Below are positions 39,993-53,994 of a stretch of DNA of 64,000 bases, piece by piece. This stretch comes from the human T2T-CHM13v2.0 reference genome, Homo sapiens. The notes beneath the pieces were generated by a model. The model saw only the letters and a program-made list of their open reading frames with translations. It was not told where the DNA came from and did no database searches. How positions within the stretch are numbered: the stretch's first letter is position 1; each line of letters begins with the position of its first letter. The stretch lies in NCBI RefSeq assembly GCF_009914755.1, contig NC_060930.1; one strand, written 5' to 3'. The position numbers and the translations under genes are program-made.

Positions 39993-41041
39993 CCCAGGTT
40001 CTGTAATACTAGAAAACATTCCGTGGGAGATACTAAGAAAGAAGAAGACACTTTGAAACTTTAATTTCTTGATCTTATTCTATTGCAAATGTAGTGTACT
40101 GCCCATGTTTTTCTTTAAATTTCATCAAGAGAGTTTTGATTTGTGGAATTTCTGGTAGTTTTGTTTCTTATAGGTGAAAATGTCATTACCTTTATTTTGG
40201 GGAATTCATCAGGGCGTGCCTTTTATTACACAGAAGAGAGGCAAACACAACATAATTGTTCTGAAAAGGAAAAGGCATAGTTATCTCATGTGTATAGTAT
40301 GTACCTTACCTGCAAAGTATGCAGGCTGAGTGTATTGTTTACTAATGCAATTTGAGGTAGCATCAACTGGGACTAATGCAAATTGGAGGTATCATTATCA
40401 ACTGTGACTTTGGAGATAGGAAAATCTGATTTTCCCAAACCCAATGATTATTTATCCCTGATCTGTGGTTCCCTAACATGGAATTATTAGTGATAAAATC
40501 AACAGTGCTGTGGAAAATGTATAGCAGTCTATGGTACCTGCCCTCCTGGGTCTTGGGGAACACACTGTATTTTATTTTACACAATCCTAGAAAAAAGGCC
40601 TTGATGTCCTATTAAGTTCATCATTAAAGGAGATAAAACTAAATATGATGTAACTAATATGTTCCAAAAATAGTAAAATGGGACATATAGTTTAGATAAC
40701 ATGTACTTTTTGGTTATCTAATTAAAAAGTTCTTTTTTGAATAGTTGTTGCCAGCTTACATCATCTGGAGAGGTTTTTTTTTAGATGTTTCATTGATTTA
40801 ATTGTTTACTGTCTAGAGAACAAATTTAGGGCTGTTTCATATTCCTAACTATATAATCTAGAATCTGGAGCTCAGATCTCTGACATGTTTTCTATATGTT
40901 CTGCACAGACATCAATAGGTACAGAAAAGGCCTACTTTGATTAATCAAACCAGTGAAATTTTTTTCTACACACTAGCAAGCTGAACTTTAGCTGAAGGAG
41001 AAACCAAATAAGAACTTGATAAAATGGGATGGGATGAACTA

Positions 41042-41223
41042 GATGAGGGTAGAATTAAAACAGGACACTGTGAATTATGATTGTGTGATCCATCACCCAT
41101 TTGCTTTGCCAGGAAGCTGAAAAGTTTTTACTGAGCCTCGCTGAAGGTAGGAGGTTGGATGGGGCAACTTTTTTTTTTTAATCCTTTGAGCCCAACCTGA
41201 AATGAAAACAAATTATAATCAAA
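41042..41223 (+). repeat. donor arm of a local inverted duplication
   Basis: Reverse complement of 42347-42560: 15 mismatches over the 122-nt ungapped block 41049-41170 and 2 over the 44-nt block 41180-41223 (hand alignment). Confidence 0.97.
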
Positions 41224-41731
41224 GAAGTTCCACACCCACATGTTTTCATTTTTTTACTTTTTGTTCCACATATATATTTCCATATATGGATTCCACTCCC
41301 ACATTTTCACTTGGGAGCCAAGAATTTTAATGATGGAAGTTATTAGAAATGAAACAGAGAAAAAGGTTATATACAGAATTGAAAATAATTTCTGTTTAAG
41401 TCACCTGTAACTATTCACTGCCTGACATAGATTTCTTGTGTTTAAGTTAAGAACAGTTCCCTGTCCTTTGGGTATAGAGATGGCAGTCATTTCGTGTGAG
41501 CATAGACGTAGTGCAACCATTATTCAGGCTTAGAGAGCTTCTGATAATTGTTCACAGCACAAACAAACAAAAACACAAAAGACCTAACACATCTCTGGAG
41601 GCTAAAAGGTAACATGAAGTACTTAATGATGGGCCAATAAAGTACACATTATAGAACCAGAAAACCCCATATCATTGTTTTCAAGCATATTGGTCTGAAA
41701 TATATACATATATAATTATTTTGTTTCTTTT

Positions 41732-42160
<429 letters not shown>

Positions 42161-42179
42161 TGACTCAAGCCCCTTCGTA

Positions 42180-42768
42180 TTTATTTATTTTTATAATTTC
42201 AACTTTCATTTTTAATTTAGGGGGTATATATGCAGGTTTGTTACATGGGTCTATTGTGTGACACCGAAGTTTGGGGTGTGAATGATCCCACCACCCAGAT
42301 AGTGAGCATAGTACCCAACTGGTAGTTTTTCAGTCAAACTACCAATTTTGGTTATGATTTGTTTTCATTTCAGGTTGGGCTCAAAGGATTAAATAAATAA
42401 CAATTTTAAAAAATTTTAAAAATTTAAAAAAAGTTGTCCAATTCAACCTCCTACCTTCAGCGAGACTCAGTTAAAGCTCTTCAGCTTCTTGGCATAGCAA
42501 ATGGGGGATGGATCACACGATCACAATTCATAGCATCCTGTTTTAATTCTACACCCATCCAAAGAGTTTTTTCCTCTCTCTCCGCTCTAGTAGTCTCTGG
42601 TGTCTATTGTGTTCCTCTTTGTGTCCATGTGTACCCAGTGTTTAGCTCCCACTTACAAGTGAGGGCATGCAGTATTTGGTTTTCTGCTCCCATGTTAATT
42701 CCTTTAGAATAATGGCCTCCAGTCTCATCCATGTTGCTACAAAAGACATGACTTCATTCTTTTTTATG
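42180..42768 (-). mobile_element. L1PA16-like 3' end containing a non-L1 insertion at about 42336-42570
   Basis: GGGGGTATATATGCAGGTTTGTTACATGGG...GTGAGCATAGTACCCAA...TTTTTCAG | insert | CTCTAGTAGTC...TTTAGCTCCCACTTACAAGTGAG. Confidence 0.9.
42347..42560 (-). repeat. inverted copy of 41042-41223
   Basis: See donor arm; the central T-run of the donor is replaced by a longer AT-rich stretch here. Confidence 0.97.
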
Positions 42769-42849
42769 TTAAGCCTGTATATAATTGTGGAAAGTAAAAG
42801 CCCTCTATAATTCTCTATAATTGTGGAAAGTGAAAGGTCTTTACCATAA

Positions 42850-43112
42850 ACATTTTTAAACAACTTTATCAAGATATAATTCACATAACATACAACTTTC
42901 CCATTTAAAGTATATAATTCAATGGTTTTGGTCTATAACATTATTATTTAAAAAAAGTCTTCTCAGATTGTTACATTTTAAAAAGTTTTTAAATTATGAT
43001 TTAATTTGCTATTTTAATCATTGTTAAGTGCATGGTTCTGTGGCATTTGTCATATTCTCAATGTCGTACTACCATCACCACTATTTTCAAAACATTTCAT
43101 TACTCCAGAAAG
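42850..43112 (-). mobile_element. L1MB-like 3' end fragments
   Basis: ACAACTTTATCAAGATATAATTCACATA...CCATTTAAAGTATATAATTCAATGGTTTT; ACCATCACCACTATTTTCAAAACATTTCAT. Confidence 0.75.
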
Positions 43113-43669
43113 AGTATTTTAAGAGAAACTATCCCTCTTGATTCAGAAAATGTAAGCCACAATTTTAAAAAATTAAAGTTCCCAAACTAGAAAGAAATAT
43201 TTTAATTTTTTTTCTGTGAAGGATAGTAACTCTTATAGGGAAAAGGAAAGAGGAGTTTGCTGTGACCACTAGGAGGTCACAGTGGAATGTCTGCATACTT
43301 CCACCAATGTGACTACACGGCTGCCCTTTCCACCAATGTCACTTACACAGCTGCTCATCCTTTCAGATTCAGCACAAGCATGTTCATTACGTTGTATTGT
43401 GCTCATTAAAGTATGTGTGCCCTAGCATTTATAATCATGTGTTCATTCACATGATCATAAGTGGACACATGACCATAAATGCTAAAGCACACTTACTTCT
43501 ACAACATACTGAGCTCACCTCACAGGTATAAACAAAAACATGCACACAAATGTGTATTGAGAATAGACAACTAAACACAGAGGAAGCTTATGTGTACTGA
43601 GAGACAAGTGAAGAAGGAATATGCCAACTAGAAAGAAGAATGTTTGGAACCTAGAGGGAAAGTAAATTT

Positions 43670-44183
43670 TATGGTTTTAAATGTATCCACAGGTTTTTTA
43701 TATTCCTCCCCTCAAGAAGTAGACTCCAATTCTCTTCCTTTTAAATATGGGCTGGTCTTACAAACTTCTTTCTCAAGATTAAAATGCAGAGTAAATAAGA
43801 TTGCTGACTTCTGAGACTAAGTTTGGAAATGTCACTCAACTTCTGCTGAGGTTCTGGTTCATATTTAGAACCTGGCCTCCATGCTGTGAGGAAATCCAGT
43901 CTACATGCAAAGACTATGCAGGAATGTTCTGGCCAAAGGCTCCCCATAAAGTTCTAGCTGACAGCCAGTCATGACCCATCACCAGACATGTGAATGATGA
44001 TGCTATCAAACCAACTCCAGCCACAGGATCTGACTAAAACCTCATGAGAGGCACTGAGCAACAATCACCTAGCTTATCCTTCTCAAGTCCCAGAATCATG
44101 AGAGATGACAATAATAAATGATAGTCACTTTTATACCATTAAATTTGGGGTAATTTGTTATGCAGCAGAAGGTAACCAGGACA
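43670..44183 (+). mobile_element. MLT1G-like MaLR solo LTR
   Basis: CCATGCTGTGAGGAAATCCAG, CTGACAGCCAG, CCAGACATGTGAATGA, AATTTGGGGTAATTTGTTATGCAGCA...TAACCAGGACA. Confidence 0.85.
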
Positions 44184-44544
44184 GTAAATGAAGTGATAAC
44201 ATCAGGATAGGTAAAGTGAGTTAGATGGGGAGTCAGCAGCAAAGGTTAGGAATAAGGGTAACTTCCCCATATTTTCTTTTCTTAAAATAGAAAGAAGAAA
44301 GGAAGGTTTTTAGATTATTGTTTATTTATCTTGCTTTTTTAGTATAATTGATTATCAAAGATTTCAAATGAAAATGAACTTAAAAGTCTGTATAAATAGT
44401 ACAGATCATGAAGATTTTAAGTTTCTCTATTTCTCATTTGTTGATTAGGGCATATTTCCTAGCTTTGGAATGAAATTTTTGTTTGGCATTTTAATTAATA
44501 AACACATCTCATAAACACATAACTTGTGTCATAACTAACTTTAA

Positions 44545-45240
44545 TTATTTTGTTCATTAAACAATATTTGTTAGCATTTATTAAGTGCTGGGTATTCTGC
44601 TAGGGATATAATAGCTAATAAGATATACTCCTCACAGTCAAGGAATTTATAAGAAAATCTTATGGGAGAGACAAACAAGTAAACCAGCAATTATAGTAGC
44701 AAGACCTACGTATGGATAGAAGTACAAAATCTATGGCACCATATAGGAACATCTCATCAGCTCTTGAGAAAATGTTGAGGAGGTGTCAGAGAAGGATCAT
44801 TAGAGGGACTCATGGCTATGCTGACACCTCAAGGGAAGAAACTGAGTTCAACCAGTGAAGCTCTAGAGGTAGTTGAGGAGGAAGACTAACAGTATGGGCA
44901 GGAGCCATAGACTGTGCAGAAACCTGGAAGCAAGGATACATGTAACAAATTCTGGGAACTGAAAGTGTCTCATTATGGCTGGAGAAGAGATCACAAGGCA
45001 GAGGCTAAAGAGATACAATACAAGGGGGTACCTCTGTGAGGTTAATAATTTTGAACTTTATCCTGAGAGCGTTGGGAAGCCATTGAATGCTTTAACCAAG
45101 AGAGAGACATGATGAAATTTGACTGTGATGTAAAAAACATATTCGAAAGAGGCAAGACTAGATTCTGGCAGACCAATCAGAACACTCTTGCAGCAATTCA
45201 GGTGACAGAAGACAAAGGTAGTAGCTTGAAGTTGTGTAGG
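44545..45240 (-). mobile_element. L2 LINE 3' region
   Basis: TTCATTAAACAATATTTGTTAGC...GTGCTGGGTATTCTGCTAGG; GGGAAGCCATTGAATG; GCAAGACTAGA. Confidence 0.8.
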
Positions 45241-46529
45241 AAGAATCACCCTATGAGGAGGGAACAGAGCTATTGTTCACTCACAGCCCAGAGAGCCTCA
45301 ACTCTGCATGAAAGCCTTTTGGACATGGATAAAACAAATTGCAAGTTGGTAATCTAATTTCAGGAGGGACAGATCCTGGATGTGTATTTCAGAGTGCTAA
45401 AGTCTATCCAGAAACTGATACCCATGTGGCATTCTGGATCAAATGCCATATGTGTTGTAAAAGCAGACAGGTGCTTTGATAAGCTAGCAACAGATTTTAA
45501 CCACAAAAATTCTTTTTTAATGAGAAATCTGTGCCACACCAGTAACTTATACGAAAACAAAGATTGGTGTGTATGTATCTGCGTGTCAAATGAATATTCA
45601 TGCCTATGATTCACTTTAACATTTTCACAATCTGACCTTGAATGAAGAGGTCAGGGCACCACTCATTAAAAAATGATAAGGCTTTCCATATGAGCTTACA
45701 TGGTATTGCAAATTGGAATTTTTTCAGCCTCTTTTGAGAATGATTCCCTAAATTAGGATAGTGTATGAGGTGTTAACAATGTCCATGTGCTTTGAATGAA
45801 ATCAACACCTATAATATACAGTAACATTTTTAAAGCATTACATATGTGTAAATATGTTCATGTGTATGTGACGTATATGCATTAAATAATTATGTGGAGG
45901 ATACATATGTATATTTGTAGGTGTGTAAATGTGGGGAATGAGCAAACTGAGCCACTCAAGACCTGAGTCTGCTTTAGTGCATTCACATAAATTCAATGAG
46001 AAATTAAAGTAATTCTTTGCCAAAAGAGTGGCTGATATGATAGGACAACTGCTTTCTTTTGCTACTACGAGAACAAATTAACACTACTGTAGGGATAGAC
46101 AAGGAGAAGTGGTTTGCAGTGATTCATACAATAAATAACCAATGTATCTGTAGCTATTGTCATTGAGCCAAAAATGCTTTCATTTAAATCATGTATACTA
46201 ATTACTGAAATTGCCAGGGAATCATTAAGAATAAGTATTTATAGAAATTCAAAAGAGAAATTTAGTGTTGCTATAGATTTCATATTTGTATTGTTTATTT
46301 CACTTTATATTTGAATGTTTTGAAGAGAGCTTAATCTAGGGTTTGAAAAGACAGATCAGGATGTTGACAAACAGGTGACCTTTCTGACGGGGTTGGGTGT
46401 AAATACTCATTATAATTGGACAGTAGAAATTTACTGTTTTGCATGTTGTATATCATGTTTTAATCTTTTAGGTACAAAATATTTATCATGTTAGTCCAAA
46501 CTGAAAAAAAGCAGACAAGAACAAAAATT

Positions 46530-46790
46530 ATTGACTATTTACCATGTGCCAGACATTGTCAGGTTGTCCCAGCAATCATCACAATTACACTGTTAATTGG
46601 TTAAAATTCACATCATTTTCAAAAGACCCATTTTAGACTTTTTTTAGTCTAAGCCATTTTAGTCTTTTAGGCTTTTTTTTAGTCTAACCTTTAAGAGGTT
46701 ACAACTACCCGAGTGGCTCTAGTCAGTAAGTGCTGGAGGTGGGATTCAAAAAGACATCTATCCAATTAGATCTCACCCCTTGCTACTTAC
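46530..46790 (-). mobile_element. MIR SINE with internal short-repeat expansion
   Basis: TACCATGTGCCAGACATTGT...AGAGGTTA...GTAAGTGCTGGAGGTGGGATTCAAA. Confidence 0.7.
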
Positions 46791-46889
46791 CTCCCAATTT
46801 CACTGGGTGGCCAAGGATGTCATTTTTCTATTGCTAGATACAAATATAAATAAATATCCAAATAAACAGAATCTGAATTTTGTTTTTCA

Positions 46890-47080
46890 AAAATTACAGG
46901 ATGTTTGAACTAGAAAGGAACTTGTAAATCTAGTCCAAAGGCCCTACTTTATAGAGGAAGCAATTGAAACTCAACAGAGAAAAAAGCGATTGACTCGATG
47001 TCATTCCTACTGTTGGTAGTGGACTTGCAAGTAGAATTCTCATCTCTTGAGCCATGCTAGAAACCCACTTACCATGACAT
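46890..47080 (-). mobile_element. MIR/MIR3 fragment
   Basis: AACTAGAAAGGAACTT...ATCTAGTCCAA...TTTATAGAGGAAGCAATTGAAACTCA. Confidence 0.6.
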
Positions 47081-47368
47081 AAATCAGATTAATGAATATC
47101 TAATGGTCGTGAGATTAAAGGTGTATCTAAACCAAACATGCCCTGTTTTGCCATGTTTCAATTTTTAGTTTTACTTCTCAGCAAATTGTGGTCTATAAAG
47201 ATTTGAATGCTTTCCTTTTGAGTTTCTTTTGCTGGGTTTTTCATTAATTCTTTTTACTGTAGTATAAATGTCTAAAAGTAAAACAAAACAATAACAATTA
47301 AATTAATATGCAAAAATGTTAAATTTTATGTGCCTGGTTTAAAATGACCTTAGCCTAGCATGGCTTAA

Positions 47369-47879
<511 letters not shown>

Positions 47880-47975
47880 TGAGGTAGAACCTGCATTTGG
47901 CAACTCAAAATATTCTTGACCTCTGTCCACAGAATTTCCATGAACTGATGTAATACAATAAATATACATAGAGCC

Positions 47976-48072
47976 GAAGTTCCCAACTCTTCCTGGTTTG
48001 CCAGAACCTTCTCAGTTTTACCATTAAAAGTCCAGGTCCAGGAAAAGCCCTCCATCTCAGGCAAGATGGGTT
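47976..48072 (-). mobile_element. MER81 hAT-Blackjack MITE
   Basis: CCAACTCTTCCTGGTTTGCC...GTTTTACCATTAAAAGTCC...GGAAAAGCCCTC...CAGGCAA. Confidence 0.7.
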
Positions 48073-48559
48073 TAAAACAAATGTTCAGTTATATATTCCA
48101 TATAATTACTAACTTGGTTTTATAAAGAACCCTACTGTTTAGACAAAGTAGAAATTATCAGCACAGTTTTGCAAAATTGTTTATATCCCAGTTCCATAAT
48201 TAACTCTATAATATTAGGGACCACATAGACTTTTTATGTTTCAGTTTAATTATCTGTTAAAAATAAAAGCCACATGGCAAAATAAGTGACCCATATGTCA
48301 TCTGATTACTCACTTACTCAAACTCTAGTAAAGGCTTACTTCTAGGAGATACGTGACATGCTTCAGGTAATTATTCTAAGGCCTGCTGCCCCTAGTATTG
48401 TACCCAGCTACCTCTTTTTGTACAGTCTCCATAATTCTTTCAAGTTCCAACTCCATAATCCTTACCTGCTGGTCCCCTGGGTATCAGCACACATAGCATC
48501 CATGGGGCCTGGCACAAAGGACTTCCACTCCAAGCCGCAGCTTTCTATTCTAAGAGGAA

Positions 48560-48830
48560 AGAAGTTGGGATACCTGTCTCCTGGCTCTGCCATTTACAAG
48601 CTGCATAGCCTGCATCTATCATGATTTCCTTTTTAGGGCTCTCTAATTTTATCAGTTCTTAGAAGGGAGATGGGGCAAAATTATCTTTCAGAATGTGCTA
48701 GGATTGTCCCTTCTCATATAACAAGTGTGTGAAAATTAGCAGAATGCTTATTAGATTATTCATTTAAAGCACTTGAAGCAATTTCTGGAACATAGTCTGG
48801 CATTAGGAGGTTAACTATTATAATCATCTG
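48560..48830 (+). mobile_element. MIR SINE
   Basis: CCTGGCTCTGCCATTTACAAGCTG...TAAAGCACTTGAAGCAATTTCTGGAACATAG. Confidence 0.65.
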
Positions 48831-49110
48831 GGAAAACCCTAAGAAGAAATGGGTTTAGAAAACTTAAGTGAGGTATAAAGACAACTGTGAAATATGTACA
48901 GATTATTGTTACAGATTATTGTTAACTCTTTTAAAATGGTTATTGTACAATATACGGTATTATACTCTATGTTACTGTATAATATATTGTGTAATACCAT
49001 ATAGTATACTGTGTACTCCAACATTATATATTATACTGTATAATACTACATATGTATGCTGGTTAAAATGAATGATTCAGAACCTAAGAGAGTCCTCAAA
49101 TTCATTTGGA

Positions 49111-50730
<1,620 letters not shown>

Positions 50731-50866
50731 TATTTTTTGTGTTTATGGGAGTTCTGTAGATTATAACCTTGTTTAGATCTATTATTGTTTTGTCTGTTAC
50801 ATGTATGGTTTATCATGAGGTAAATTGTGCCATTCCATCAATTGGGCTAAAATTGGAGAGGTCATG

Positions 50867-51274
50867 GGTGTTAGTCTGCTTTGTGTTGCTACCAAGAAAT
50901 AGCTGAGGCTGGGTAATTTATAAAGAAAAGAGGTTTTTTGGCTTACAGTTCTGTAGGCTATGTAGGCAGCCTAATGCCAACATCTGCTAGGCATTCGGTG
51001 ATGCCTCAGGAAGCTTTTAATCAGGCAGAGGGGATCAAGATATATGACAACAGAGGGAACAAGAAAGAGGAGAGGGAGGCAGGGTGTTTTTAACAATCAT
51101 ATCTTGCATTAACTAACAGAGGGGAAAACTCAGTAATTATCTTGGGTAGGTCACCAAGCTACTCAAGAAGGTTCATCCCCATGACCCAAACACTCTCCAC
51201 TAGACCCCATCTCCAACATTGCGGGTCACATTTCAACATGAGATTTGGAGGGGATAAATATCCAAACTATAGCT
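50867..51274 (-). mobile_element. MSTB-like MaLR solo LTR
   Basis: GAGGCTGGGTAATTTATAAAGAAAAGAGG...CCCCATGACCCAAACAC...TTTCAACATGAGATTTGGAGGGG; perfect TSD TCATG at 50862-50866 and 51275-51279. Confidence 0.92.
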
Positions 51275-53634
51275 TCATGATTCTCCTTTTTATTCTTTTG
51301 CTTTGGGTCAATTGCCGTCAGTTGGCTGAACTTAATTCACAGATAATTGAATTGAGGGCAAATCAGCATAAAAGTGAGTTAAATATCATGCATAAAACAG
51401 GTTAATACATAACTAATGAAATAGTTAAATAAAAAGAAAAGTAAAATAATGAACTTAGGAATTATATAGGTTATTTTGATGTAATAACTGGGATACTACT
51501 GGTATCAGAATGTTGATTTTATTAGGTGCAATGAGAAAGTCACTTAAAATTTTTATATGAAAGCCAGATGAAAATGAATGAATATAATAACATATAGATG
51601 AAATAATTAGCAAATATTGGATCCAATTTGAACTGTACTTTCCTTCTTGATTCCAAAATGTTTTGAATTAACTGATGAGCTCATACAACATAGACAGAAG
51701 TATCCAAGAGTACATCATACAAAAAATTTTTGTTCCAGAGAGAGCTGATACCCTCGGTGTAATCCGAGTTCTGTTCCACAGGAAACTTACCTCCCCCACT
51801 CACCCACACACTTCACCAAAGTTTGGTGTTTTTAATATTTTTTAAGTCTATATTTTAGCCAGAAGGATTTATATTAAGCATAAGACATCAAGTTGTAGAG
51901 AGATGAAGAATGAAGGTCATGACCTTTCTATTTTATCTCTCTATTACTCTCAGCCTAAAACTGGCTCCTGGGGTAATGCCTATTTCTGTAAGAAATTATT
52001 TTCACTGATCTCTTCTTTGTGGCCCTTATAACAGTCTGTATTCAAGAGCATGTAAGCATCTAACGTACATGTACAGAAACTTCTTCAAGGGAGAGGAACC
52101 TGGCTCCCAAGGCCTGTAGGCTGCCACTTGACACCAGAAATTCTGAAGTGCTTGAACTCAGAAGAAATTATTCTCTTCTCCTGTATCCTGATTAAAAAAG
52201 GGCAATTCATAACTTATTTTAAGAGGCTTTAGACTCTAGATGCTAGGCCATTTCCCTTTTCTCTTTACAAGTGGTTTATAGAGTATGATTTTACAGTTTT
52301 CTTTGTGTTTTTAATGTATTTTAAAGTAAACTATTAAGTAAATGGAATCTGATGCTGGCAGTAACTTAAACATGTTAATTCTTTGATATACCTCTTTAAT
52401 AAGCATGTATGTATGTATATATATGTATGTATTTATTTTTTCCTTTTGGAAGGCTCACTTTAGTTTTCTTCCTGTTCTTTTTTTTTCCTTTGATATATCT
52501 GTGTAGCTCAGCCCAGTCACTACTCATTAAAAATTCTGCCAATGTCTATATGATCTTTAAGGCCAAAATAATCTTTAAGGTTTAATGTTTATGTTTAAAA
52601 TTGCTTGGCACAAATCCTCCTAATTCTTCTTGAACATCATATTACAATTATGCATATGTAAACTGCAGCAATTGCACAGGTGTGTTATTTGATAAATGAA
52701 CTATGTTAGCTTGACTTTCATAATTACATTTTCACCTCATTTTGTCTTCTGCCATCTCTCTGTGAGCCTTTGATTTCTCTGTTGAATAGTATAAAATCTT
52801 CTGTGATTTGAAATTATTTCATCTGACGTTAGAGGAGGTTTTCAGTCTCTCTCAGGTGCAGTATTATGAGCAAGTCAAATGTTTGCTCTCTGTTCTGTAA
52901 CTACAACCTGTGAAACATTTGTACTAGATTTAGCATCGTAATAAATCACTAAATTAACCTATTTCATGAATATAAAATGAAATAATTTAGTGAGAAAGAA
53001 ATTGCTTAATAAGATTTACTAAGTATTATCTCACAATCCGAAGCATATTTTCAGAGTTTAGATAATTTATAAAGAAATTAAGATGTAAATAACAAGATGA
53101 TTATGCAATTTGTCCAATATTTTTGATAGAACATGACCATCACCTTATTTCACATTAACTCATTTGATTTTCTTGGCTTTTTAAAATAGGAACGGCTGAT
53201 ATTTTTGTTTTCATTTTGCCAATAGGGACTCAGTCACAGAGGTTATGTCATTTGCCTGAGGTTTCTGCAGCTAGAAAGCACAATAACTCAGAAAAGAAGA
53301 TATTCAGTCACAACTAAGCATCTATTTCTGTAAAACCCAATAAAAAAAACTTTGCTCTGCATAAACTATGTGCTTATTTTTTTTCAGCCCCATCTAGATT
53401 TAAACCTCTCTAGTGATTGCAGACCCCTTTTCTGCACTGTTTGATAGATGGGCATAGAGAAATGTTAAGTTACAAAGAACATTAGTTCGGAATGTCTTAC
53501 ATGCATTTCCCTAGAAAGAGGCTTCCACCATGGTTTGTATAGTTTATGTTTTCGTCTCTGTACTCTTTTTCCTCCCTTCTCTACCTCATTTATTCACTAT
53601 TTACAAAATCTTATCAGGCAGCCAATTTATTTGA

Positions 53635-53994
<360 letters not shown>

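Noticed and set aside
52069-52187. Possible minus-strand exon (TTTTTTAATCAG acceptor, CAT|GTACGT donor) and a nearby donor at about 51790
   Set aside because: Stops in all frames, only moderate splice sites and no supporting exon chain
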